Shown in pieces: positions 1-8,981 of a stretch of DNA of 64,000 nt. Numbering within the stretch: position 1 is the first letter of the stretch; every line of letters starts with the position of its first letter. Made by a program: the position numbers and the translations under genes. The notes under the pieces were generated by a model that had not been told where the DNA came from, ran no database searches, and was given only the letters and a program-made list of their open reading frames with translations. The DNA lies in contig CAZNPB010000001.1 of assembly GCA_964574895.1 (NCBI GenBank), positions 82,665 through 146,664 on the forward strand, written 5' to 3'. The stretch comes from an uncultured Eubacteriales bacterium (GTDB lineage: Bacteria; Acidobacteriota; Aminicenantia; Aminicenantales; Saccharicenantaceae).

Positions 1-2
1 GC

Positions 3-722
3 CTCTACGTCGTCTTCGACATCTTCAAGGCCCTGCGCGAGGGCTATTTCACCCTGGGGGCCCTTTGGCACACCCGCCAGATCCACGCCCGGGGGCCGCA
101 CTGGTACGACACAGGTTACGACCGCATCCAGACGGCCGCCCTACCGCAGGACAAGCGCCTGCTCCTGCTCTTCCCCTCGGCGGAACCGCGCCTGGAGGGG
201 GTCGAGGCCGAAAAGCGCCATTACCAGGACGAGTGGCTCATCCACCAGTCCTGGGCCCAGCACTTCGAGCTCGGCCAGACCTGCGCCCTGGTCAGCGTCC
301 TCGTGCCCCACGACGCCTCGACCGACCCCCAAAGCTGGGTCGGCCGCGTCTCCATCGCCCCGGCCGACCCGTCGCCGGCCGCGGCCGGGGTGGTCATCGA
401 GTCCGGGGGCCGCCAGATCGTGGTCGGGGTCAAGACCGACCTGCGCCGGGACATCAGCCGGGACTTCCGGAGGCCGCGCTACACCTTCGAGGCCGGCCGG
501 ATCGCCGTCGCCGGCCTGGAGACGGACGGCGATCTCCTGTTCGCCGCAGTCCGCGACGGGGACCTGGACTATACGGTCGTCAATCTGACCAAGGCCCTCT
601 ACCGGGGCCGGACGCTCGTCGCCGCCGAGGAGGGCCAGTACGGGCTGGGGTTCGACGCCCGGCCGGACCGCGGCGGCGTCGGCAAGATGAGATACTGGCG
701 GGAGAAGGGCCGGGCCCGCTGA
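3..722 (+). CDS. hypothetical protein, 5'-truncated by the window edge
   Basis: Frame 3 is open from nt 3 to the stop at 720-722. My translation starts LYVVFDIFKALREGYF; the track lists this ORF only from the internal Met at 303. Codon use is GC3-rich like the host. I do not recognise a family. Confidence 0.55.
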   Translation, partial: LYVVFDIFKALREGYFTLGALWHTRQIHARGPHWYDTGYDRIQTAALPQDKRLLLLFPSAEPRLEGVEAEKRHYQDEWLIHQSWAQHFELGQTCALVSVLVPHDASTDPQSWVGRVSIAPADPSPAAAGVVIESGGRQIVVGVKTDLRRDISRDFRRPRYTFEAGRIAVAGLETDGDLLFAAVRDGDLDYTVVNLTKALYRGRTLVAAEEGQYGLGFDARPDRGGVGKMRYWREKGRAR

Positions 723-729
723 AACGGGA

Positions 730-1251
730 TCAGACCGGCAGGCCCTGCTGCTTGCGCTGGGCCGTCTTCTGGAGCTCCTGGCCTTCGGCGACCAGGCCGG
801 CCAGACGATCGAGGATCATGCGGATCTTGATGTTGGCCAGCTTCCGCTTGCCCGACTTCTGGGTCTCGAAGTGGGCGCCGAGATAGGCCTCGATGTCCTC
901 GGGCCGCATGAGGGTCTTGAGAAACTCGTCGTCGAGAAGCTCCTGGCGCAGTTCCTCGGCGTTCTGGCCCCGGACCACGATCCTGTTCTCGACCAGGACC
1001 CGGGAGCGCCAGACCTCGAAATCCTTGGCGGCGTAGATGGGGATGGGCCCCAACAGCTTCTTGGCGTCCTGAAGGCTCTGGTCGAAGAAGGCCTTGCCTT
1101 CCTTCAGGAGATTGCGGGCCCGATAGTACTCGGGCGAGCCGGCGGGCGACGGCGGCTCGAGGTAGGTCCGAAAGGTCTGGATGGCCTCGGTCAGGATGGC
1201 GAACGACCGGGAGGCCCGGATGTAGATCTCGCGCTCGATCTGGACCTGCAT
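730..1251 (-). CDS. hypothetical protein (173 aa)
   Basis: ATG start with GGTGGAG 5 nt upstream. Amino-acid composition is balanced rather than the Arg/Pro/Gly-rich pattern of artefact ORFs. No family recognised. Confidence 0.6.
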   Translation of the reverse strand: MQVQIEREIYIRASRSFAILTEAIQTFRTYLEPPSPAGSPEYYRARNLLKEGKAFFDQSLQDAKKLLGPIPIYAAKDFEVWRSRVLVENRIVVRGQNAEELRQELLDDEFLKTLMRPEDIEAYLGAHFETQKSGKRKLANIKIRMILDRLAGLVAEGQELQKTAQRKQQGLPV

Positions 1252-1297
1252 GCTCCACCGTTCCTTGGCGGCACCATAGCACGGGGCCGCGGCGATG

Positions 1298-2509
1298 TCA
1301 AAACGATCCGGACCGGATGGCCGCGGCCACGACGTTGGCCACCTTGCTGCGTATGGCGATGATGTCGCCCTTGTCGTCCGGGTGGACCCGGTTGGTCAGG
1401 AAGACGACCGCCGCGCCCGTCTCTGGATCGATCCAGATCGAGGTGCCCGTGTAGCCGGAATGGCCGTACGACCGGCCGCCGAAGAGGTCGCCGCGGACCG
1501 TGGCGTAGTCGGTGTCGATATCCCAGCCCAGGCCCCGGCCGGCCGAAGCCAGCCGGGGATAGATCTCGGTCATGCGCTCGACCGCGAGCCGGCTCAAGAC
1601 GCGGACGCCGTTGGCTTCCCCGCCGTTGAGGAGCATCTGGGCGAAGACGGCCAGGTCGTCGGCCGTCGAGAACAGCCCGGCGTTGCCCGAGACGCCGCCC
1701 TGAAGGCGGGCCAGGGGATCGTGGACGATGCCGCGCAGGGGCCGGCCGTCGACGACCTCGGTCGGCACGCACTGGTCCAACAGCCCGGCCGGCGGGCGGT
1801 AGAAGGTCCGGGTCAGGCCCAGGGGCTTGAAGATGTTCTCGGCGGCGAACTCGTCCAGGGGCAGCCCCGAGACCTTCTGGACGATGCCGGCCAGGGTGAT
1901 GTAGTTGAGACAGCTGTAGACGAACTCCTCGCCGACGGGCCGTTCCTTGGGGATGGCGGCGATATACTTGACCAGGTCGGCCGTGGCGCAGGGATCGCCC
2001 AGCTTCTGCCCGGCCGTCTTGGCGTCCGTATAGGGGGGCAGGCCCGAAGTGTGGGTCAGGAGGTGGTAGAGCCGGGCCTCTTCGCCGGGGAGGCCTTTCT
2101 CGCCATACCAGGTCGAGAACTCGGGAACGTACTGGCGCACCAGGTCCCAGAGCCGGATGGCGCCGCGCTCGACCAGGATCATGACCGAGGTGGCCGTGGC
2201 CACCGGCTTGGTCACGGAGGCCAGGTCGAAGATCATGTCGGCGGTCATGGGCCGGGGCTCGGGCAGCCACTGGGACATCCCGAAGGCCTTCCGGTAGACG
2301 GTCTTGCCGTTGCGGGACACGAGAAGCACGGCCCCCGGAAAGTCCTTCCGGGCCACGGCTTCGGCCATCAGACCGTCCAAGCGGGCCAACTGGGCCGAGG
2401 ACATGCCGACGGCCTCGGGCTTGGCCCTGGGCAGGGACGCGGCCGCCGCCGGGAGGGCGGCGCCCAGGGCCAGGACCGCGACGAGCGACCGGATCGACGA
2501 ATGGCGCAT
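1298..2509 (-). CDS. beta-lactamase-related serine hydrolase (class C / PBP4*-like), secreted
   Basis: N-terminal signal peptide, SxxK motif (ASVTK) and overall AmpC/EstB-like layout. Strong AGGAGGGGAGG Shine-Dalgarno site upstream. Confidence 0.8.
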   Translation of the reverse strand: MRHSSIRSLVAVLALGAALPAAAASLPRAKPEAVGMSSAQLARLDGLMAEAVARKDFPGAVLLVSRNGKTVYRKAFGMSQWLPEPRPMTADMIFDLASVTKPVATATSVMILVERGAIRLWDLVRQYVPEFSTWYGEKGLPGEEARLYHLLTHTSGLPPYTDAKTAGQKLGDPCATADLVKYIAAIPKERPVGEEFVYSCLNYITLAGIVQKVSGLPLDEFAAENIFKPLGLTRTFYRPPAGLLDQCVPTEVVDGRPLRGIVHDPLARLQGGVSGNAGLFSTADDLAVFAQMLLNGGEANGVRVLSRLAVERMTEIYPRLASAGRGLGWDIDTDYATVRGDLFGGRSYGHSGYTGTSIWIDPETGAAVVFLTNRVHPDDKGDIIAIRSKVANVVAAAIRSGSF

Positions 2510-2529
2510 CGGATCCTCCCCTCCTCCGT

Positions 2530-3681
2530 CTATTGGGCGGCCGTCCCGGCCGGCGACGTCCGCCAGACCAGGCCGTCCTGCCGGATGTGCCAGGCCTCGC
2601 CGCCCTTGGCCTCATAGACCGCTTCGAACAGGCTGGCCGTCGTCTGGATGAGCGGTGGGAACGACCAACCCTTGACCTTCAGGGCCGTCTCGCCCTTGAG
2701 GCCCAGGGCGCCGAGGTCGGAGGCGAAGGAGCACTTTTCGAACCGATAGGCCCGCTCGGCGTAGTAGATCCGCCGCAGGGCCCACCTGACCCTCTCCTCG
2801 GGCCGCTTGACGAACTTCTCCTTGCCCCGGCCCGGGAGCTTGGACGAGAACTGGACGTAGCTCCACATCTCGGGATAATGGATGTCCACGACGCCCTGCG
2901 GGGCCCAGGTCCAGTTGTCCTCCGGCAGGGCCCGGCCCGTGCCGGCGTCCTTGGCCTTGACGTAGGCGCCGTTCTCGACCTCGACGCGGTATTCGACCCG
3001 CGAGAAATTGACCCGCCACTGGTCGCCCGCCGCCGGCCGCTCCGGCTTGCCCGGAATGGCCTCGCGCAGCACGGTGAACGGCAGGGCGATCTCGACCGTC
3101 CAGGCCTTGTCCCGGTCCCCGGGGTCGTTGAGCGTGCCCTGGACGTGGACGCCCGTTTGGAGCCCCTGGATATCCCAGGCATGGACGGCCGGGCCGCCGT
3201 CGCGGTAGGGCCGGACGAGCAGCAGGTCCCAGACCGTGTTGAGGGCGTTCATCTCCAGCTCGTAGTAATCGTGGGTGTCACCGTCGGGATCGATGAAAAC
3301 CTCGAAATCATTGTCCTGGAAGATGACGGAGTCCCGGGCCGTCAGAGTGGCCCAGACGTGGGGCTCCTCCAGGTAGGCCCCGATATAGAGATACTGGTCG
3401 TCCCAGAGCATCTGGGCCCGTGTCCGGAAGCGCGGCGCGGGCTTGGCCGGGCCCTCGATGTCGCCGAAGACCTCGGTCCAATCGGCGTCGGCCCAGGCGG
3501 CCTCGTCGAGACGGCCGTCCACCTTGATCGGGCACGGGGCCCGCCGGCAGACGTACTCGAACGGCGCGAAGGCCGTCCGGGGCTCGGGGACCCGGACGCG
3601 CGGCAACGAAGCATGAACCGCCGCGGCCAGCAGCAGGCCGGCGGCGGGCAGGGTCCAGCGGAGCGCGGGCTTCCTCATCAT
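2530..3681 (-). CDS. carbohydrate-binding family 9 (CBM9/DOMON-like) domain protein, secreted
   Basis: Signal peptide. Has motifs typical of CBM9-like proteins: IKVDGRLDEAAW..W and DNDFEVFIDP..YYELE.N. GGAGG Shine-Dalgarno site. Confidence 0.7.
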   Translation of the reverse strand: MMRKPALRWTLPAAGLLLAAAVHASLPRVRVPEPRTAFAPFEYVCRRAPCPIKVDGRLDEAAWADADWTEVFGDIEGPAKPAPRFRTRAQMLWDDQYLYIGAYLEEPHVWATLTARDSVIFQDNDFEVFIDPDGDTHDYYELEMNALNTVWDLLLVRPYRDGGPAVHAWDIQGLQTGVHVQGTLNDPGDRDKAWTVEIALPFTVLREAIPGKPERPAAGDQWRVNFSRVEYRVEVENGAYVKAKDAGTGRALPEDNWTWAPQGVVDIHYPEMWSYVQFSSKLPGRGKEKFVKRPEERVRWALRRIYYAERAYRFEKCSFASDLGALGLKGETALKVKGWSFPPLIQTTASLFEAVYEAKGGEAWHIRQDGLVWRTSPAGTAAQ

Positions 3682-3696
3682 GGCACCTCCATCGGA

Positions 3697-4194
3697 TCAG
3701 AGCTCCAGCCAGCGGACGGGATTGCCCCGCCAGGCCAGGAACCTCTCGAAATCGGCCAGCGAGATCTCGAGCGTGGCCGTGTTGACATTGGGATGGAAGC
3801 CCAGGGCGGCGGCGGATCTCAAGGCCATGTCGCAGACGACCCGGACCTCGCGGGCCTGGTCGTTGACGAGCCCGAAAGGCGAAACCGAGCCGGGCTCGAC
3901 GCCCAGCCATTTCTTGAGCCGTTCGGCCGAGGCGAAGCTCAAGCGGTCCTCGCCGAGCTCGGCGGTCAGCCTTTTGAGGTTGACGCCCCGGGTGACGGGA
4001 GCGATGACCAGGTAGTGGCGGCTCCCTTTGTAGTTGCGCAGGAACAGGTTCTTGCAGTGGGCGCCTTTGAGGCCGGCCCAGTGGCGTTCGGCCTCCTCGA
4101 CGGTCGCGACCGGCGGGTGCTCGTGGCGGACATAGGGGATGCCCAGGGCGTCCAGGGCGTCGAGGACGGGGCGTTCGATCTCGGCCACGGGCAC
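3697..4194 (-). CDS. YbaK/ProX-family aminoacyl-tRNA trans-editing deacylase
   Basis: 165 aa. Matches the prolyl-tRNA-synthetase-associated (ProX/PrdX) pattern (HCKNLFL..K....YLV, GSVSPFG). GTG start with GGAGAGGAG upstream. Confidence 0.7.
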   Translation of the reverse strand: MPVAEIERPVLDALDALGIPYVRHEHPPVATVEEAERHWAGLKGAHCKNLFLRNYKGSRHYLVIAPVTRGVNLKRLTAELGEDRLSFASAERLKKWLGVEPGSVSPFGLVNDQAREVRVVCDMALRSAAALGFHPNVNTATLEISLADFERFLAWRGNPVRWLEL

Positions 4195-4241
4195 GTCAGC
4201 TCTCCTCTCCGGGCGCCGGGGCGCCGGAACGGCCGTCAGGT

Positions 4242-5156
4242 CTAGCGGCCCTCAAGGCGGACCTCGGCCAGGACGGGATTGTGATCGGAGACGAAACGGC
4301 CCCCCCAGGCGCCCGGCAGGACGCCGGCGCGGAGAACCTCGAAGGACGGGCCGACGAAGATGTGGTCGATGGGCGGGCCGGGCCGGACCTCGGGGCGGAA
4401 GCCGTTGAAGGAATAGGGCGGCCCGTAGGGCACGCCGCGGGCCGCGCCGCGGGCGTCGCGCAAGACCGAAAAGGCGCCGTTCCCGAAGACGAGCGTGCGG
4501 TAGGCGGCGTCCTCGCGGGTGCAGTTGAGATCGCCGGTCAAGACAACGGGCCGCCCGGCGGCGATGATCGGCATCCTTTGAAGGACCAGGGCGGCGCTTT
4601 CCCGCCTGGCGGTCTCCCCGATGTGATCGAAATGGGTATTGAACGCGACGAGCGTCCGGCCCGTCCAGCGGTCGCGCAGCCGGGCCCAGGTGACGACCCG
4701 GGGGCAAGCCGCGTCCCAGCCCTTGACCCCCGGCCGGTCGGGCGTCTCGCTGAGCCAGAACGTCGAGGAGGCCAGGAGCTCGAAACGGGCCTTGAGATAG
4801 AAGATGGGATTGTACTCGCCGGATTCGCGGCCGTCGTCGCGGCCGACGCCCACCCAGCCGTAGTCCGGCAGGAGGGCCTGGAGATCCAGGAGCTGATCGC
4901 GGAGGACCTCCTGGAGACCGGCAATATCGGCCTTGTGAAAAGCGATCGTCCCGGCGGCGATGTCCTTCCGGAGCGGCCAGGCGTTGTCGCCGTCCGCGGG
5001 GGTGTTCATGCGGATGTTGAAGGTCATGATCCTCAGAGCGGCCGCGGCCTCGCGGGCCGGCCCGGGCAGCCGGGCGCAGCACGCCAGGAGGGCCGCGGCC
5101 AGCCCGGCGCAGATAGCCCAGCGCTTCTCTCGCGACCTCGGTCCGGTTCGAGCCAT
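4242..5156 (-). CDS. endonuclease/exonuclease/phosphatase (EEP) family protein
   Basis: Motifs LRIMTFNIR, GLQEV and SDHNPV. I prefer the ATG at 5156 over the TTG at 5195 because TGATATAAT (an extended -10) lies 10 nt upstream of it. Confidence 0.8.
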   Translation of the reverse strand: MARTGPRSREKRWAICAGLAAALLACCARLPGPAREAAAALRIMTFNIRMNTPADGDNAWPLRKDIAAGTIAFHKADIAGLQEVLRDQLLDLQALLPDYGWVGVGRDDGRESGEYNPIFYLKARFELLASSTFWLSETPDRPGVKGWDAACPRVVTWARLRDRWTGRTLVAFNTHFDHIGETARRESAALVLQRMPIIAAGRPVVLTGDLNCTREDAAYRTLVFGNGAFSVLRDARGAARGVPYGPPYSFNGFRPEVRPGPPIDHIFVGPSFEVLRAGVLPGAWGGRFVSDHNPVLAEVRLEGR

Positions 5157-5271
5157 GACGGGGGCGATTATATCAGCCGGGCCCGGCCGGGGCAATGAGC
5201 GGCCGGCCGGGCCGGCCGGCGGCGGGGCGCGGAGAGTGTCGCGCCGGCCGCGATTCGGCTAGAATGGGCCC

Positions 5272-6360
5272 ATGAGCATCCTATTCACTCCGATCGAGAT
5301 CGGACGCCTGACCGTGCCGAACCGCTTCGCCCGTTCCGCCACGCACGCCTACCTGGCCGATGACGACGGGTCCGTCGGCGCCGGGGAGGTCGAGCTCTAC
5401 CGCCGCCTGGCCGAGGGCGAGGTCGGCCTCATCATCACCGGGCACGCCTACGTCCAGCCCTGCGGCCAGGCCAGCCCGCGCCAGATCGCCGCGTCCGACG
5501 ACCGGTTCATCGAAGGATTGGCCCGCATCCCGACGGCCGTTCACGCTTTCCCGTCGCGGATCTTCCTCCAGATCGCCCACGCCGGGCGGCAGACCAAGCC
5601 CAAGCTCTGCGGCGGCGTCCCGGTCTCCCCTTCCCCGGTCTACGACCCGGAGTCCAAGGTCATGCCGCGAGAGCTCGCCGCGGACGAGATCCGGACCCTC
5701 ATCTCCGATTTCGTCGCCGCGGCCGTCCGGGCCCGGCGGGCCGGCTTCGACGGCGTGCAGCTCCACGCGGCCCACGGCTACCTCCTCTCCGCCTTCCTTT
5801 CCCCCCACACCAACCGGCGCACCGACGAGTGGGGCGGGCCCGTCGAGAACCGGGCCCGGGCCCTGCTGGAGGCCCTGCGGGGCGTCAAGGCCGCCTGCGG
5901 CCCGGACTTCCCCGTCATCGTCAAGCTCAATTCGACGGACTTCCTCGAAGGCGGCCTGACCGTCGACGACGCGGTCCGCGTCGCCAGGATGCTCGACGAG
6001 GCCGGCATCGACGGCATCGAAGTGAGCGGCGGCATGGCCGAGGCCAAGAAGGGCTCGATATGGCCCGGCCTGCGCCGCGAAGAGGACGAGGGCTACTTCG
6101 TCGAAAACGCGGCCCGGATCAAAGGGGCCGTCCGCGTCCCGGTGTTCGGCCTGGGCGGCATCCGCACCCTGGCCGCGGCCGAGCGCATGGTCGCCGACGG
6201 CCGGGTCGACCTCATCTCCCTGAGCCGGCCGCTCATCCGGGACCCCTATCTGGTCAAGCATTTCCGGGAAGGCGCGGTGGCCAGGTCGGCGTGCATCTCC
6301 TGCAACAAGTGCCACAGCCTGCGGGGCATCCGCTGCGCCGAGCTGGCCCAGGGCCGCTAG
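5272..6360 (+). CDS. NADH:flavin oxidoreductase, Old Yellow Enzyme family
   Basis: OYE signature HAAHGYLLSAFLSP..N.R.DEWGG within a TIM-barrel-length protein. Confidence 0.85.
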   Translation: MSILFTPIEIGRLTVPNRFARSATHAYLADDDGSVGAGEVELYRRLAEGEVGLIITGHAYVQPCGQASPRQIAASDDRFIEGLARIPTAVHAFPSRIFLQIAHAGRQTKPKLCGGVPVSPSPVYDPESKVMPRELAADEIRTLISDFVAAAVRARRAGFDGVQLHAAHGYLLSAFLSPHTNRRTDEWGGPVENRARALLEALRGVKAACGPDFPVIVKLNSTDFLEGGLTVDDAVRVARMLDEAGIDGIEVSGGMAEAKKGSIWPGLRREEDEGYFVENAARIKGAVRVPVFGLGGIRTLAAAERMVADGRVDLISLSRPLIRDPYLVKHFREGAVARSACISCNKCHSLRGIRCAELAQGR

Positions 6361-6373
6361 AACGCCGGACGGC

Positions 6374-7735
6374 TCAACGAGGCCGCCAACGCCCGCCGGG
6401 GCGGCGCCTGGCGCCCTTTTGGCCCCGGCCGGGAGTCGCCGCCGCGTTCTTCTGCGGTTCCGGGCCCGGCCCGCCGCCGACCCGCCCCTTGACCGGAGGC
6501 GCCGCCCGTCGTTCGGCCTTGGCCTGGGCCCGGGCCCGATCGGCGGCCTTGCGGCTGCGGATGGAAGCGATGCGCTCGGCCAAGGGGATCTCGAGGCGCG
6601 CCGCGGGCCGGGCGCTGTAATCGAAATCGGGAAGCGTGACGCGCGGCAGCTTTTTGCCGATGGCCCGCTCGATCTGGGCCAGGTCGCCCTGCTCCTGCGG
6701 CGAGACGAAGGTGAAGGCGTCCCCCGTGGCCTCGGCGCGGGCGGTGCGGCCGACCCGGTGGATGTACTCGTCGGGGACCATCGGCACATCGAAGTTCACG
6801 ACATGGCCGAGCTCCTCCACGTCGATGCCCCGCGCGGCGATGTCGGTGGCCACGAGAACGCGGAACGTTCCCGCCTTGAATCCGGCCAGGGCCGCGGTGC
6901 GCTGCGTCTGCGAACGGTTGCCGTGGATGCGTTCGGCCTTGATGCCGTGGCGGACGAGGTGTTCCGCCAGCCGGTTGGCGCGGTGCTTGGTGCGCGTGAA
7001 GACCAGGGCGTCCCGGATCTCCCCGCGTTCGAGGAGCGCGACGAGGAGAGCGGACTTGAGGTCCTGGTCGACCGGGTAAACCGCCTGGGTGATGCCCACG
7101 GCCGGCGCCGCCGCGCGGCCCATATTGACCGTCGCCGCGTCGCGCAGCATCTCGCGGGCCAGCCCGGCGATCGGCGCGGGCATGGTGGCGCAGAAGAAGA
7201 GGGTCTGCCGGCGGGCCGGCAGGTGCCGCAGGATCCGCCGGACGTCCGGCAGGAAGCCCATGTCCAGCATGCGATCCGCCTCGTCCAGCACCAGGAATTC
7301 GAGACCGGCCAGCTTGGCGTACGGGGCCCGGAAGTGGTCGAGCAGGCGGCCGGGGGTGCCGATGATGACATCCACCCCGTTCCGGAAGGCATGTTCCTGC
7401 GGCCCCTGGGAAACGCCGCCGAAGACCGCCGCGGCGCTGATGGGCGTATGGACGGCGAGATCGTTGAGGTCCTCGAGGATCTGGGCCGCCAGCTCGCGCG
7501 TCGGCGTGATGACCAGGGCCCGCGTCGTTCCGCGAGGCCGGTCGATAAGGCGATGAAGGATCGGCAGAAGGAACGCCGCCGTCTTGCCGCTCCCGGTGAC
7601 GGCGCTGGCGAGCACATCGCGCCCGGCCAAGGCCGGCGGGATCGCGTCGGCCTGAATGGGGGTCGGCCGGCTGAACCCGAGCTCCTTGAGGGCTTTGAGA
7701 AGGGTCGGATGAAGCTGCAGATGACTGAAAGGCAT
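6374..7735 (-). CDS. rhlE: DEAD-box ATP-dependent RNA helicase, RhlE-like, with basic C-terminal tail
   Basis: Q motif (PTPIQ), Walker A (TGSGKT), DEAD box (VLDEAD), SAT-equivalent and HRVGRTAR. The N-terminus is colinear with E. coli RhlE. Confidence 0.9.
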   Translation of the reverse strand: MPFSHLQLHPTLLKALKELGFSRPTPIQADAIPPALAGRDVLASAVTGSGKTAAFLLPILHRLIDRPRGTTRALVITPTRELAAQILEDLNDLAVHTPISAAAVFGGVSQGPQEHAFRNGVDVIIGTPGRLLDHFRAPYAKLAGLEFLVLDEADRMLDMGFLPDVRRILRHLPARRQTLFFCATMPAPIAGLAREMLRDAATVNMGRAAAPAVGITQAVYPVDQDLKSALLVALLERGEIRDALVFTRTKHRANRLAEHLVRHGIKAERIHGNRSQTQRTAALAGFKAGTFRVLVATDIAARGIDVEELGHVVNFDVPMVPDEYIHRVGRTARAEATGDAFTFVSPQEQGDLAQIERAIGKKLPRVTLPDFDYSARPAARLEIPLAERIASIRSRKAADRARAQAKAERRAAPPVKGRVGGGPGPEPQKNAAATPGRGQKGARRRPGGRWRPR

Positions 7736-7747
7736 GATGTCCCCCGA

Positions 7748-8818
7748 TCAGGCCCTTAAGTCCCGGGCCGCGGCTTCCATCAGGATGAAGAAGGCCTGGC
7801 CTTCCGTGGCCGTTCCCGGCTTCTCGAAGGTCGGCGAGCCGCAGACGTCCCGGACGTAGCCCAGGGCGTCGACCTTGGCCGCGGCCGCCCGGCGCATGAC
7901 CGCCGCCTCGGCCAGATAGGAATTCGGCAGCCACCCTCCCTTGACCCCGCGGAAGATCGTATAGGACAGCATCTGGGCCAGGTTCGTTTCGACGAACGAC
8001 TTGGGATCGTCGACGACATCGTGGAACAGGCCATCCGGCCGGCGGTGCCGGAGACAGCCGTCGACGACCTCGCGGACATAGCCTATCAGGCGCTCCCGGT
8101 CCGCGCTCATGGACCCGGGCAGGGCCCGCAGGACCCGGGTCATGCCGGCCGCGGCCCAGCCATTGCCGACGCCCCAGTGGGCCTGCCGCTCGAAGGCTTT
8201 TTTCCCGTCGTCCCAGATATGCGAAAAGAGCCGGGCCCCCTTGTCCCAGAGGATGCGGCGGAGGCCCTCGATCTGCTTCACGGCTTCGGCCGGCTCTCCG
8301 GCCGCGGCCAGGAAGGGCGGGGCCATGTACATGGAGTCGATCCAGACCTGGGGCTTGTGGTCGATATGGCAGAGCGTGCCGTCGGCCGTCCGCGGCGCGG
8401 TCTTCATCAGGTAGGCCAGCATGCCGGCGGCCCCGGCCTTGTATTTCGGGTCGCCCGTTTCCCGGGCCGCGAAGAGGACGCCCTCGCCGTTGGCGGCCGG
8501 GTCGGTGACGCCATGATTGTCGGAGACCATGCCCAGCCGGCCGTCCTCGTAGACGCGCAGCACGGCGCCGTGGGCCATCCGGATGACGCCGTCCCGGTCG
8601 CCCCATTCGAGCAGGGCCTGCATGGCCGTGCCCTGCTCCCAGGCCTCCCGCTGCATGGCCAGCATCGACACCTTGACCTTCTCGACCAAGGCCGCCGGGC
8701 CCGTGCCGGCCTCATCCGGCCCCGCCGGCGCGTTCAGGACGTCGGCGCCCATCGCCGCCAGCGCGCTCGAGGCCGCCCCGGCCGTCGCGAGATGCTTGAG
8801 GGCCTGACGTCTGCGCAT
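7748..8818 (-). CDS. GH88/GH105 unsaturated (rhamno)galacturonyl/glucuronyl hydrolase, Tat-exported
   Basis: Tat-like MRRRQALKHLATAGAA signal. Motifs WIDSMYMAPPFL and WGVGNGW are typical of GH88/105. AAGGAGA Shine-Dalgarno site. Confidence 0.8.
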   Translation of the reverse strand: MRRRQALKHLATAGAASSALAAMGADVLNAPAGPDEAGTGPAALVEKVKVSMLAMQREAWEQGTAMQALLEWGDRDGVIRMAHGAVLRVYEDGRLGMVSDNHGVTDPAANGEGVLFAARETGDPKYKAGAAGMLAYLMKTAPRTADGTLCHIDHKPQVWIDSMYMAPPFLAAAGEPAEAVKQIEGLRRILWDKGARLFSHIWDDGKKAFERQAHWGVGNGWAAAGMTRVLRALPGSMSADRERLIGYVREVVDGCLRHRRPDGLFHDVVDDPKSFVETNLAQMLSYTIFRGVKGGWLPNSYLAEAAVMRRAAAAKVDALGYVRDVCGSPTFEKPGTATEGQAFFILMEAAARDLRA

Positions 8819-8981
8819 GGCCTGTCTCCTTTCGTTCTTCTTCGGCTCCAGCGGCCCCCCTTCACGCCCGAGGGGCCGGCGAGAGGGATTCTAGCCCAAC
8901 CAGGTCCGCGGGGCAAACGGCCGTCCGCAGCCCGGGCCGTGGCCATCGCCCCGGCTGGGGCCGCTGTGCTAAAATGCGGCC

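Noticed and set aside
3697-4194. A functional link between the YbaK/ProX trans-editing deacylase and the mis-matched tRNAs.
   Set aside because: The gene is 20 kb away, has native high-GC composition and sits in an unrelated gene context. ProX-type genes are common housekeeping genes. The idea is only worth revisiting if the tRNAs prove to be mischarged.
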